The position numbers were made by a program, and so were the translations under genes. 64,000 nucleotides of DNA. Origin: Picochlorum sp. SENEW3 (lineage: Eukaryota). The notes beneath the pieces are model-generated. The model saw only the letters and a list, made by a program, of their open reading frames with translations, was not told where the DNA came from and did no database searches. The DNA lies in the NCBI GenBank assembly GCA_034226945.1, contig CP120454.1, positions 806,001-870,000 on the forward strand. The letters are read 5' to 3'. This document shows, piece by piece, positions 1-12,879 of this stretch; position 1 is the stretch's first letter, and each line of letters begins with the position of its first letter.

Positions 1-206
1 AGGATGCTTCGGTGAGCAGCTCTTCCCCCTGCTTGGGCGACACCGCCAAAACGCGCCTCGGGTCCTTCGGAGCCTGAACAAAACATCGGAACAATATATT
101 TAAAATCAGTAACATTCACCATTTTATACAGATCTGACGTACATCCCGCAGCAGTAGCGACAAGGCAGAGCAGGGCAACAAGAACTCGTCCACCTTCCAT
201 GCTCAT
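1..206 (-). CDS. 5' end of a secreted protein of unknown function (runs off the window)
   Basis: ATG at 206, GTACGT..TTCAG intron 74-142. Spliced translation MSMEGGRVLVALLCLVATAAGCSEGPEARFGGVAQAGGRAAHRSIL has a hydrophobic signal-peptide-like N-terminus. Confidence 0.6.
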   Translation of the reverse strand, partial: MSMEGGRVLVALLCLVATAAGCTSDLYKMVNVTDFKYIVPMFCSGSEGPEARFGGVAQAGGRAAHRSI

Positions 207-866
207 TAACGTATGTTCTAGCAACCTGAGACAACGTATCTATGGAAAGAAGACGTCTTTTGAATCTTTAAGATCAAAAGGAACCTCAATGCAGTGAAGA
301 AACGTGTTACCCTGAGACACCTACAACACTACTTTGGGTACGAACGCGTATTCGTGGGTACAGAATATGCTCAGAGATTCTGTATTTTCATTATACCTGT
401 TGCTGTGAAGGCGTGTAATTTATAAATAGCGTTAAATCTGCGAGGGAAGATCGGCATGTATATGAATAGATAGCTTCCAATGAAGCCACAGAGGAGCCTG
501 CTAGGCACCTTCCACCCAAGCTTCCACGTTCCGCCATATGGCGGAATCATGCATGCATGCATGGTTCATGGTTCGCTATCAAGTGCTGGATCCAACGGAT
601 TTGATGCATGGATGGAGCCATTTCGAAGTACCGTTCAGGTGTATATACATCGGATGTATGTTATCCGATAAGAATTCTGCGCTGTTGACTGTATGTCCGT
701 TGGGCAGTGGAACTGTCTACTTGAAGAGCAGTGGAATCCCCTCTGTGCTTCAAACCACATTACTTCATCCCCACAGTCACATCTGGCCTTCCAAGCATGA
801 AATACCGGAATCTTACATATTAGGAGCTAAAAGTAAAACCAATCTTACATTAATAAGTTATTTGCG

Positions 867-3800
867 TCACAAACGGCGTAGTGCTTCAACCATAGTTGGA
901 TGCAGGTGTCTGTCAAGGCCACAGCGGGCACCCAGCACCATGGCTGAATACATGGAGCCCGTGTCTCGAATTAGCATGGCTATGGATAAAAGTGCAACAA
1001 GATGGTCCATGTTGTCGCTCAGAATCATGAATTTTGACGTATGGTCATGTGTCATCTCCAGGACGGCCTCCACCCAAGACGTGAGCCCCCGAGGATAGGC
1101 ATCCACAGTTGTCGGACATCGAACTAATGCTGTCTTGGTGTTGCTCGAATACAGCTCCTCCACGCAGTTATTGAGCTCTAATGAATCCATTACTACTCGC
1201 TTGGAATAGTCTGTTGCCAGGTGGACGTTCCACACAGGTAGATCACATGCCAGTTTGGATGACAGGATGATTGCTAGTGTGTCATTCTCCAGAAGTCTTT
1301 TCTGCCCGCTTGCTCTTCTTCTGAGATACTCAGCAGTTGATGCAACACTAACAAGGTCCGAAACATTCATAAGAGAGGATACAGGCTGCGGCATGAACAC
1401 GCGGTCTGATATAGAACCAACATCATCCCTTGGAGGAACACATGACTTCGTGCCTAGTGATACTGCAGGGTGCCGGGGTGTCGAATCGCATGAACTCATA
1501 TCACTAGCTGGATCTGATTGAATCATTTCCAGTCGATTCAATACATCAGGAAGCATTGGTCTCATCTTTGGGTCTCTGACGAGCATAAATCTGAGCATAT
1601 CTTCAACTCCTGGTAGGTCTGCGATCATCTTTAACCGATCATCAGGGATCAGTTGCGAGTCTGGTCTGGTTACTCGAGCGGCCAATTGCAGCCAATTAGT
1701 GTCATTGTAGAGAACATTGCCAGTGAAAAGCTCGAACAGCAAGCAACCAAGGGACCACACATCTGAGGGAGCACCAGCACCCTGAGCCCTCCTCCGGTCA
1801 TACCCGTTCTGATGAGTTTGAGGGGCACAATCCACCATGAGCATTTCTGGGCTCTTAAATGCATCTGTACCTCGAGATTGCGTGGTAGAACCCTTCTGTG
1901 CTCCATCACGGCCACCAGGAAACATGACACTCTCTCCGAAATCTCCAAGGACAACTCTAAAAGCCAATCTGCCTTTGCAATCACTCTTCTTTAACAACGA
2001 GCGCAATCTTCCACCAGAACTAAGTGTTCCACGCTGAAATGCATCTTCTGAAGCCCCATCACAGGGATCGAGTAGCACATTATCACATTTCAGATCAAAG
2101 TGAACAATGCCCTCCTCAAGGATTTCGATACATGCCAAGACAATTTCTCTAAAGATTGCCCAGTATATCTCTATCTTGAACTGAGGTGATTCTTCTTGAG
2201 AGAGCCTCCACTGTTTCAAGGAACACTTATACTCCTTGAGCACCAGCACCAGAGCATCTGCACCCATATCCACTCCAAAATCCAGCATCTGGCAAGCCCT
2301 CGGATGATTCAACAAACGTTGATGGATTGATACTTCTGAGTAGAATTCTACCTGAGAACAACGGTCGTGGTTATGTTTCGGGGCATCGATAACCTTAAGG
2401 ACAGTGCCTCTTCCTTCTGACCACCATGGGAGAGAACACCTGTATACAGTAGCGTATGCACCAGCTGCTCCGGATATTCTCACTCTGGACGTATACCAAT
2501 GCGGCCTAAAGGGATCAGCACAAAGTAAACGCAGGAAAATGATGGCATGTTCACCAATGGACTCATGCAATCTTGAACAGATCCTTGGGAGTAATTCAAG
2601 GGTTGGCGAAACATTCAGATGATGCTGCAAAATAAATGGAATGTTCTGCATTTTCTTATCCCAAGGATACCGATCGCAATATGTTGCCTGTAAATGACCA
2701 TTGTCATCCATGATTAGCATGAATACCAGCTTAATTGCTAGAATATGGAGCTCATCATCATGGTATAACAGACGCGAATTGGATTCCTTGTCAAAATTCC
2801 AAATAGAAGCCACGAATGTACCGGGCATTTCCTCCTCCGACGATTTCGTGTCTGTGATAGAAAATCTCACTGCCTGCATCTTTGCATGCCCAGGTGTCTC
2901 CCTTGCTCCATTTGGCGGTCGCAAAGTCTTCCCAAATTCAGAATCTTGCTCAGCATTATACAGTTCTGCACTTTCATTCCGCTCATGAAGCGAAGATCTC
3001 ATCGAAGATGATATATTCAGCAATGGGATTATTGTTTTGGATGTTTGCGGTGGTGCAGATAGCCCATCGTCCCCAGTGCATCCACTTGTATCTTCATCAG
3101 TCTCACTGTCACTGGTTGCAAAAGAGGCAGAGTCATCTGAAGATTCACCAAGGCCAAGAGCCTCCAATCTATCTACATCTTCATCTAAATCTCCAGTGAA
3201 TGTGAAGCCAATAGGTAATATTTTCTCTGAATCTGTATTATGGTTGCTGGGGGTATCTGACCCATCAAATACCCCAGAGAGATCAATGGGGACATCTAAA
3301 CTCAATGCTGCACTCGTGCCTTGGCGCTCCAGGACTTTTGAACCAAATGGTGATAAACTATTTTGATTTCCATCCAAATTCGCTGCAGGAATTCTAAGAT
3401 CACTGGTAGACGCTCCACTTGCCGATGGAGACATTTTCTTGGTAACATCTGATAATTGTTGATTTCCTTGCAAATGCGGGTTTCTCTCGCTTGACTGAGC
3501 GTTTGATTCCCCACCATATTCTGCGAATGAGAGCCGAGGAATACTCAGATACTTGTGGGGGCTAGTAGATTCTACCTGATCTTGATCATCTTCCCCCCTG
3601 TCACTGGGCAAACCCCCGGAAGAATTCTGGGAGATGCTTTGGCCTAACCCTGTGCTGCCAACACTGCTCTCCGAACGTATTTGCGAAAATCTTGAACCAT
3701 GTTCCAAAGCTTCGAATTCAAGACCCATCTCTTTGACGAAAAATCCAACGACTGATAGCTGCTGAAACCTGTTCCTTATATGGCCGTTCCCAGATCTCAT

Positions 3801-6800
3801 TGATGCTTGGGCCAGAGTACACAGCATTGAAAGATGCTGCCGACAAAGGAATATTGCCTGATGGTCTTTTGTTGGATTATGGTACAATTTAAGAAACCTA
3901 ATAAAGTGTAGGCGAACATAATAATCTGCATTGGTAAACCAAAACAACGTTGCTTCCTGCTGCATAGATATTTATGCATCAATACAATGGTGACATACCT
4001 GTGATCTCTTTATCTGATATAAACGGATTTTGATTAGCCGAGAATAAACTCTGAAGAAGAGCAAATATTCCATTCCTAAGCCGAACCGAACGAGAGGACA
4101 ACTTAAAACTTGCCGACAATCCTTGCAACTGCTCTGTCTCTCTGCTTGGGATTTCCCCCTCTAGTGAAATTCTAATCAATGTCGTGCCTGGAGTTATCAG
4201 GAACGAGAAGAACTGAAGGCAATACGATCGTGTCAGCAATTTTGCTTGTCGCCTTTTGTACACCTTGCATAAAATTTGACTATTTGGCATAGCCACTCCC
4301 TGGGTTTCTTCGAGAGTCTCCTGCCTGCTTAATAGGCTTGCCAGGTTTGCAAATGCAGTAAGAATATTTTTTTCAATTTCGGCGATTTCTAAACTGCTTA
4401 GCGACGAGTCGTTAGCCTCGTCTTTGAGTAGTGTTTGCGTACTGACATCACGTAACAAAGACATAACCTCTTTCCGATCAAACAGGGCACTGATAAACTT
4501 CCTTCCAGTCACTCTGCTGTCCGATATCTGGAACACCTTTGCCAAGATTTTCAATACTGAATTCAATATCAGTAACACAACACCATCCCAATTATCTACT
4601 TGCCTCTCCCTCATGCACAATGTGTTTAAGATGCGCATGACAGAGCTCAAGCACGTGTCTGCAAACACTGATGCAGCTCCTTCGTCGGAGGAGAAGCCTA
4701 GATATTCCGAGGCCATTTCCAAGTAGTACATCATGGAAGCATTATTCAGATCCGAGCCGAATCCATTTGAATAGATACATGACCGTAACTTGCTGCCTAT
4801 TGCAATCAGGAACACATGCTCAGGGTTCTCCTGGGATGTCGCAATATTAGCGAGAAGTTTTAGATAATTTCTTGTGTATGCAGCTCCGTCATACATGTGT
4901 ACTGGAAATGACAGCAAGTCTGCCGAGATGATGCCTGATGGATTTGGATCCAATTCAAAACCTCCAGGGAAGGAGTTGTGCATTGCAAGCATGGCTTCAA
5001 TCAGCAGCGGGCAGACATCGAGTGAATCCTCCACAGATTCAAGCGCAACTTGTTCTTGGTAAGACAAATCAGCATTGTCCGATGCTTTGGCACTTTCTGC
5101 ACTCAGCCGCGATAGCTGCTCACTATCTGAATACTGCACAGAGTCTGAGTCATCCTCTGAATTATCAGCACTGAATATTTTATGTGCCCTGAGATCTAAA
5201 GTACTACTAGTATGATTCCCAAGACTTCTCTCTTCGCTACGGTATTCGTTGTAATCTGATACACAGTCATCATTGAGAGCAATGTGCCTCCTATATCCGA
5301 TGACAGATGGAAGGTCTTGTGCCACTAATGACTCTCCAAGAGCCTGGGCAAGATGATCCAACTCTTGCATAGCACTTGGCTGGCCAAATGAAGACCTATC
5401 AGGTGCCGATGCATCAACCACCACCTGGTTTGAACTTCGATGCTCTCTTCTAGTGGCCCGAGTAAGGCCCGAGTCTGGTGACATGCACAAGTTCTCATCA
5501 TCCTCTCCCTGTAAACTGTCCAACGAGAGCATGGGTACACTGTTCCGGCTAGATACTGGTGTTGGTGTTGAAACACTCGCTGGTGAGCTTTGGGCCTGTT
5601 TGGCCTCCGCAACCTCAATGCCCCGACGGCCATGCTCGGACAACAATGCTCTTGCAAGAGGCTCCAGCAGTGGCAGCCTATTCATGTACATGGTACTCAA
5701 AGCATTATACAACTTCAAATCAATGGCAGCTTCTTTCACATCAGGTCGATGCAGCATGGCCGTGAGGAACTGTATCATCAATGCTGGATTTGCACATGTC
5801 TCACACAATGATTCAGCAAAATCATTCACCAGGGTCCTGCAAGCATCAATCGAGCTGAGGCAAGAGTCCAAAATCAATGATGTTGTCAATGTAAGCACAC
5901 TAAGCTGTTCAACTGTTCCCATCATTGTGGAACTCATGAGAGACTTTGATGCTTGAACTAGAGCCGTGAGAACCCCATTCTGAACAGCACACTCTGCCAT
6001 GTGTACATCCTTGCAGACAGTATTCAAATACGAGGTCCCATCTTTAAATCCTGAGACACTACAAGAATGTATCAAGGAAATAGCTGACTCAACATCCATC
6101 CCCCTAGTATGTGATACAGACTTTTTCACTGGACTCTGGAATGCTGTCTGCCGTTGAGGAGAGGGCAGGGGTGTGCAATCCGAATGAACAGCACCTGGCA
6201 CACCATGCACAATCGCCAACACATCATCAAACTGCCGAATTGTTCTGAGACACATGGTTGGGGATTCTTCCCGATCCATACGAACAGCTTCCAAGCATCC
6301 AAGCAACAAATTTGGCACCACACGAACGTCTCTTCCAGACGTTGATGCCCCATCCCCGGATACATCCGTAAACCTGATCCCCATACCATCATCCTCTGAG
6401 TCCATATATATCAAACCATCTTCTTCTGCCTTTGACTTTGATCGCGTCACCTGGCTTGAACCATCCAAACTGTACTGCCATGCCTCCATTGTTGGAAACA
6501 GAATGTGCACCAATCGGTACAATGTCACATACGATCGCTTCGACACAACACCTGAGCACCCCTTCAGCACGACAGCACCGTCCTCTCGAGTCACATACTC
6601 AGGCTCCACAGTGATGGGTTTGATGGACGCAGGACGCATTGTCACCCCACCACCCAAATCGTATGCTACATGCAACTCAGCAACATGGGCTTTCACATCG
6701 TCCACATCCGCCCACAAACAAGGACAATCAATCCGTTTCTGCAGAAAAAAAGAGCATCCAGCACCATGAGAACACCGAGAATGACGATGCCAAGCTATAC

Positions 6801-7028
6801 CCTAACCCAAAGCAGTAAAAATTCAAACCATACCTGTTTGATATCATTCTTGATGTCCTCTGTAGCAGAAATAATGAAATATATGGTATTTAAAAAGGAA
6901 TTGTGAATCAAAGAAGCATCCGTATCCTCTGTATGACCACCTTCAAACCGAAGAACCGATCGAAGGTGTCCCACCGAGGGAGAGTCCTTGACCGTCAGCC
7001 TTCCCAAGACAATATCTTTGCGCTCCAT
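867..7028 (-). CDS. Very large (~2000 aa) Ser/Thr protein kinase with helical/low-complexity N-terminal half and a degenerate phosphatase-like C-terminus
   Basis: Three ORFs join in frame through GT-AG introns 6739-6833 and 3926-3998. Kinase motifs: GAYATVY, VLKVID, HFDLKCDN, DFGES, RGTDAFKSPE, DVWSLGCLLFE. Start codon uncertain. Confidence 0.8.
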
Positions 7029-7240
7029 ATTTTCAACGTTTAAAATCACTATGTAAGACTGCCTGCGTCACCGCGTACAAGCCCCAGGTTTACGACGTCC
7101 GCAGTACACGAGAGCATATCCTGCTCGTTTCTGACTGTCTCATTCTTCTACCCTCTATACACATGAACGGGTATATCTATCAAATACTGACATCAATAAT
7201 AAATAGGTAATATATCCATCAGAGGGAGCGGTGTCCCGAA

Positions 7241-8197
7241 TTACATGTACTCTGGGCCATCAGAAGGATCCCCTCTTGGCATGACGTCAGGATGAGGCTG
7301 TGTTGAAGGAGGCTGACGACGTTGGAAATCTCCGGGAAAGAAGCCTCTCACTCCCGGAGGAGCGATAGGATCCCATCGAGCACCTGGTGGTAAAGTACCT
7401 TGTTGCTCAGGGCGAGTTGGGTCCAACCTTCCAGGACCAAAGATGGGATGGTGAGGACCTACGAGCATACCCCCATCATGTCCACCACGGCCTTCGCCTT
7501 GATATGGACCCACGTCTTCGTATCCTACTCGAGTATCTCTCTTCACACTGCCAATCTCAGTAGCAGTCGTGGGAGTATCAGCAGCATGGATGGGCTGCGT
7601 GATGCTGGGCCCAGAGGGCTTTGACCTCTCACACAAGGCATGCTGCATGACTGACAAAAAACCATCAACATCCGACAGGCTACCGTCATCATCCACATAC
7701 ACATATGATTCCAGATCAAGTACTGCCATATCCTTGTATGAGCACGACGTGTGCCCGAGCAGTGATTGTGCAACCCTGTCATCCTGAAGAGATACTTGGG
7801 TGCCCTGTTCATCCCATGCCACCCTGGAGCAATGGACCACAACCCTATCCTCACCCACAACGATACACCGAACACATGTCTGATCTCTCATACCACCAAA
7901 TTCTGCACATGCAACAAAAGCATACACCCCAGAACCCTTCAAATCCCTCCAACCCTGCATTCCATGGTCAGCCGTGGCACAACTGTATGGCTGCACCTCT
8001 TCTCCCTGCTGCTCAGCAAAGTATGCTTCTGCCTTGGACCCACTGGCCACAATGTCATATCCCAGACCTTGAACATAGACACATACAGCAAGCACGAGTG
8101 TATCAACCCTGTCCAGCGTTTCGCCAGGAGGAGGTGCCACGTGGGGTCCGAGACGGACAGCTTTGAATAAAGCTTTAAAGGCGTTCTTCGTATCCAT
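7241..8197 (-). CDS. PI31: Proteasome inhibitor/regulator PI31 (PSMF1)-like
   Basis: C-terminal Pro-rich PI31 motifs GGMLVGPHHPIFG and LPPGARWDPIAPPG; ends in YM. Likely start MDTKN at 8197. Confidence 0.8.
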   Translation of the reverse strand: MDTKNAFKALFKAVRLGPHVAPPPGETLDRVDTLVLAVCVYVQGLGYDIVASGSKAEAYFAEQQGEEVQPYSCATADHGMQGWRDLKGSGVYAFVACAEFGGMRDQTCVRCIVVGEDRVVVHCSRVAWDEQGTQVSLQDDRVAQSLLGHTSCSYKDMAVLDLESYVYVDDDGSLSDVDGFLSVMQHALCERSKPSGPSITQPIHAADTPTTATEIGSVKRDTRVGYEDVGPYQGEGRGGHDGGMLVGPHHPIFGPGRLDPTRPEQQGTLPPGARWDPIAPPGVRGFFPGDFQRRQPPSTQPHPDVMPRGDPSDGPEYM

Positions 8198-8609
8198 CAA
8201 TACGCATGATACCTGGTAATCTATTTCAATTTCCCATCGTCCTGGCGGTACAATGGATGCTGTTGAACAATACATACATAGATGGTGGTGCCCCTCGCCT
8301 GGTATCCGCCTCTGATTCAATCGATCGGTCGAATCCATCATTTGATGGGGATATATGCGCTGCCATGAACGACCACCACCACCAACAACAACGGCGTCCA
8401 ACATTGCGCCTGACCAGTGCCACGGGGTTGGTATATATTCGTACTCTATTTTCACTCAGTGATCCAGAGTATCTTCATCGGAAGATTCTGCTGTTGAACG
8501 TTCGTCGTAGACAGCAACCACATTGATTTGATCTTCGAGTTCAAATTCACTCAGTCGGTATCCATCCCCTGCACATCGTATAACCTTTCATTGATAATTT
8601 TAAACCAAC

Positions 8610-9883
8610 ATGTCTGGAGGTGCGTTGAAGGGTGGCGTATATGAGGCAGGCGTGGTCTGAGATGATCAGACAGCGGTTGGCACGTGGAATATGTCTCTGG
8701 TGAGACTTTTTTCAGCATGGGTGGTATGTTTTGATCAATATAGATATATAATGCAGAAGATGGAGAAGTCAGCGCCATTGTGTGCGATAACGGATCAGGA
8801 ATGGTCAAGGCCGGGTTTGCTGGAGACGACGCTCCGCGGGCTGTGTTCCCATCCATTGTCGGCCGACCAAAGCACGAGGGTGTCATGGTTGGTATGGGAC
8901 AGAAGGATGCCTATGTTGGAGAGGAGGCTCAGCAGAAGAGGGGTATCTTGTCTTTGAAGTACCCTCTGTCTCATGGTGTGGTGACTGATTGGGATGACAT
9001 GGAGAAGATTTGGCATCATACGTTTTACAATGAGCTCCGAGTTGCCCCAGAGGAGCACCCTGTGCTTTTGACAGAAGCGCCTTTGAATCCAAAGAAGAAC
9101 AGAGAGCAGATGACTCAGATTATGTTTGAAACCTTTGAGGTGCCAGCCATGTATGTGGCCATCCAGGCTGTTCTGTCTCTGTACGCATCTGGGCGTACTA
9201 CAGGTATCGTTTTGGACTCTGGTGATGGTGTGTCCCATACGGTGCCCATCTATGAAGGGTATGCACTCCCTCACGCCATTCAGCGTTTGGATATGGCTGG
9301 AAGAGACCTCACAGAATACATGTCCACCATTCTCACAGAGAGAGGATACTCATTCACAACAACTGCAGAGCGTGAGATTGTGAGAGAGATCAAAGAAAAG
9401 CTTGGGTATGTTGCTCTGGATTATGAGTCAGAATTGCAGACAAGCCTGTCCTCTTCCACCTTGGAGAAGACATTTGAACTTCCAGATGGACAAGTCATCA
9501 CTGTTGGATCTGAGAGATTCAGATGCCCAGAATCTCTGTTCCAGCCATCCATGCTTGGATTGGAAGGTGTTGGTATTCACCAGACAACATATAATTCCAT
9601 CATGAAGTGTGATGTGGATATCAGAAAGGATCTCTATTCAAACATTGTCCTGTCTGGAGGAACAACCATGTTCCCAGGTATTGCTGATCGTATGACAAAG
9701 GAAATCTCTTCACTGGCCCCATCATCCATGAAAGTCAAGGTTGTTGCCCCAGCAGAGAGAAAATTCTCAGTCTGGATCGGTGGATCCATCCTCTCCTCCC
9801 TCTCAACCTTCCAGCAAATGTGGATCACCAAGAGCGAGTATGAGGAGAATGGTCCATCCATTGTCCACAGAAAATGCTTTTAG
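8610..9883 (+). CDS. ACT: Actin (somewhat divergent)
   Basis: Full actin sequence [21 protein letters not shown]...IVHRKCF. Mini-exon ATGTCTGGAG (8610-8619) plus intron 8620-8756 gives N-terminus [16 protein letters not shown]. Confidence 0.97.
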
Positions 9884-10848
9884 TTGTCCAATTGGAATCG
9901 ATGTAATATACGTTTCATCATGACATGCCTGAAGAAGCAATGCCACCAGATCCATTGTGCCGGGAGAGACGATGAGTGACGGTCACATGCGTGACATTAT
10001 CTCCTAGTACGCCCTTCCCATGAAAGTAAGGTTTTGACCGGTGCACTGGGTTTCATGGGAGCGTCAGTGCCATCCCCTGCTGCACCCATACTAGATACGA
10101 TGCATTGCTGATCAGGAGCAATTGGAAATTTATCTATTCTGTATATTACTTACTTACCCAGAAGTACATCGCGTTCTGGGCCTGTGTCGTCTCAGCGTTC
10201 GTTCGCATCGAGGTGCGTGGGTGGATTTTGCAGTTGTACGGCGGTGGTCTTTCCCGAGTATGCGCATGTACAAGTGTCACAATCGATTTTATGATTAAAT
10301 TGGTGGTGGGGATACTGGCATTCCTCTCCATATGCGTCTATACGCGTGTCATGCGGCCAGTTTCATCCACGGTCTCGTATCCGAGGGAGCACCATGGAAA
10401 CAACCTTGGTGGGACCAAAATGTTCAATTCTCACTAAAAGATGACAATTGGACCGCGAGCATGCCTCTGAGAATGCGTAGGATGCAAGAGATTCAATGGG
10501 TGGCCGACGTCGCGACTGTTTAGGGTATTTTGAGGTTTTTCTTGTCCTGGCCCTCCACCACCACGTGATGGTTCTGCATTCCCTCGGATGACTGACATGG
10601 GTGATTTGGTACCTCTGCAGGACGGAATCGGATACATATGCATTGATATTATTCTATGAGCACGGCAGTTGATATATAATAAGATATCCAGTAGCATTTG
10701 ATTGATTGTCCTCGTACTCGTAATCGTTTTGTCACATAGCAATCAGTGCGGATTCATACCATTATATCACCAATTCGATTGAAAATAAGAAGTCTTCGTA
10801 TCAAATAAGAAGTTAGCAGCGTCTTGATAGAGCTTTGAATGAGGCATC

Positions 10849-12333
10849 ATGACTGATCATATGCAGCAAGATGATTTCTTGGCAGAGCTTATTCAGGGTG
10901 TTGAAGGCAACCCTGACTGGTTGGATTCGTTGAATGAAGGCTTACAAGGGACGCAGTTGGATGACATGTCTTTCGGAGACTCGGGTCATTCATTGAAGAG
11001 GTCAGGGTCCTCTCCAGCGTTTGCTGATGCAGCTGTGTTTGGCCATTCAGACCACTCTCTGAGATCGACAACACCTGTTGCGATTCGGCCAATGGTGCCA
11101 AACAAGACGGACGACTTCTCTTCGTTAGAATCAAATCAGTCAATGTTTGATATCAATGGATTCTCAAGTGTGCCTGAGGATGGTCTTTTGGGTGCTCACG
11201 CATCTTACAGGCGTGGACACATGAAGAATGGGATGCCACCAGTGCATCCTCTGGGAGGTCGATCTTCAGGATCCTCTGTCACAACAAACAGGTCGAATAG
11301 TATGCCATCATTCACACCGACTGTGACGGTTCCAGCTCAAGGTGGGCACTGGGCTTGGGTCCCAGAACCAGGATCGGATGGGCAGCCAACTGTTCCTCCT
11401 CCATTCCAGCCTCCACCACATTTGAACCAAGTTCCTGTGAGATCCGGAAGGCTTCCATTGCCTCTATCGGCAGAAGAAAATGATTTGAACTTATTAGATG
11501 TGGATATATTTGAGAATTTCGACGTACTCGAGATGGCAAATACCCTTGTGCTGGAGCAGGGAGGGACAGATGGATCGCAGAACAGGGTACATTCTCGTGT
11601 CCATGGCTCATGTCCGCTCCCCACGCTCTTGGAGGATACTCTCAGTGTGGAAGAGAGTGGTTCCGAAAGTACAATGCAGAATTCTTTGGGTCACAGTGGT
11701 GACGGTTCGCAGGAAATGGTCCCAGAGCAGGTGAATCCATCAGGACGAGTGAGGTCAAGACCATCAAGTATCCCTGTGCCAGGTGCACGATCAATGCCAT
11801 TGAAAGCACAAAGGCCCTCGAGATCTCAGTCCTCTCCCCATTTAGCTTCCAGCCTTCTCGCATCATCGTGTCCTACACAAGGGGAACGACCAGTGCGAGG
11901 AGCAGCACGACGATCGGTGCACATTGCTGCCGCATCATTGTCGGATGCAGCAGATGATCAGGACCCGGAATATATTGACGGATTGGAAAGGTCCCACAGC
12001 ATACGAAGCACAGGTGGAACGAATTCTGGCAAGAAGAAGCACAATCCATGGTCTCTAGAGGAAACATTGGCGCTCGTGGATGGTGTCAGAGCTACAGGTG
12101 TTGGGAAGTGGGCAGAGATTAAGCGTTTATCAATCCCAGGCATTGCGGAAGTTCTTCAGAACCGCACCCCTGTAGATCTAAAAGATAAATGGCGCAATCT
12201 CACCCGAATTGCCAAATTGCCAAAGGCATCATTGAAAGCACGGTTGCAACGAGGACAGTCTGAACTCTCCTTGGAGACTATGCTTCTTGTGAAGGATCTC
12301 ATGGACAATGCTCAGCCCATGGATCGGGCGTAA
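10849..12333 (+). CDS. Telobox (TRF-like) single-Myb/SANT domain protein
   Basis: C-terminal PWSLEETLALVDGV...GVGKWAEIK...RTPVDLKDKWRNL is the telobox Myb signature. The long N-terminus is low complexity. Confidence 0.85.
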   Translation: MTDHMQQDDFLAELIQGVEGNPDWLDSLNEGLQGTQLDDMSFGDSGHSLKRSGSSPAFADAAVFGHSDHSLRSTTPVAIRPMVPNKTDDFSSLESNQSMFDINGFSSVPEDGLLGAHASYRRGHMKNGMPPVHPLGGRSSGSSVTTNRSNSMPSFTPTVTVPAQGGHWAWVPEPGSDGQPTVPPPFQPPPHLNQVPVRSGRLPLPLSAEENDLNLLDVDIFENFDVLEMANTLVLEQGGTDGSQNRVHSRVHGSCPLPTLLEDTLSVEESGSESTMQNSLGHSGDGSQEMVPEQVNPSGRVRSRPSSIPVPGARSMPLKAQRPSRSQSSPHLASSLLASSCPTQGERPVRGAARRSVHIAAASLSDAADDQDPEYIDGLERSHSIRSTGGTNSGKKKHNPWSLEETLALVDGVRATGVGKWAEIKRLSIPGIAEVLQNRTPVDLKDKWRNLTRIAKLPKASLKARLQRGQSELSLETMLLVKDLMDNAQPMDRA

Positions 12334-12879
12334 TTCAACCAATGCAAATTAACAGTACGTTATAGCGCTTTTTTTCCCTGAAAAGGATCTGTCTCCGCAT
12401 CTCGGAACGGTGCTTTGCGTCATTGTATTATTATTAAACACACACTCACAAATGGGTGTACACCCATACGTAGAACAAATGACCCTCGTAGCGTTTTTTC
12501 CACTGAACCAAAACATTTGTAACAATAATATCCAATGCTACGTATGTAAGAGTGCAAACATCCGTGTATTGATTCCATCATTACCCATGTATAGATCTGT
12601 GTCTGTGGAGAGAGAATCCTCGAGGAAGAATCTCATCGCTTTCTGTCCAATGGAGATCCCATCTCGGCAGATAGGTTTCTACCCCACCGAACAACGACCC
12701 ATTATTACTATAAATACTAATATCAGATTGTTCAAATTGCTATTCATCGAATCAATCAGTGAAAAGGGTTGAACACAGTCTTGCATCCCGCAGCGACATT
12801 CCTTCTATTGAAGCACATTGTGCCCAATATCCCCTGATATTCAGTATAAAAGAGAATTGTGATACTTTAAATCGGAAGA

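Noticed and set aside
8198..8575. Frame upstream of PI31 stays open apart from one TGA (8456-8458); selenocysteine/readthrough considered
   Set aside because: No ATG upstream of the TGA in that frame, no redox motif, no SECIS seen, and the region abuts the divergent actin start.
10518..10526. GTTTAGGGT telomere-like 9-mer upstream of the telobox Myb gene (telomerase RNA template or autoregulatory site?)
   Set aside because: A single 9-mer is expected by chance in 64 kb, and I could not see a supporting pseudoknot or promoter elements.
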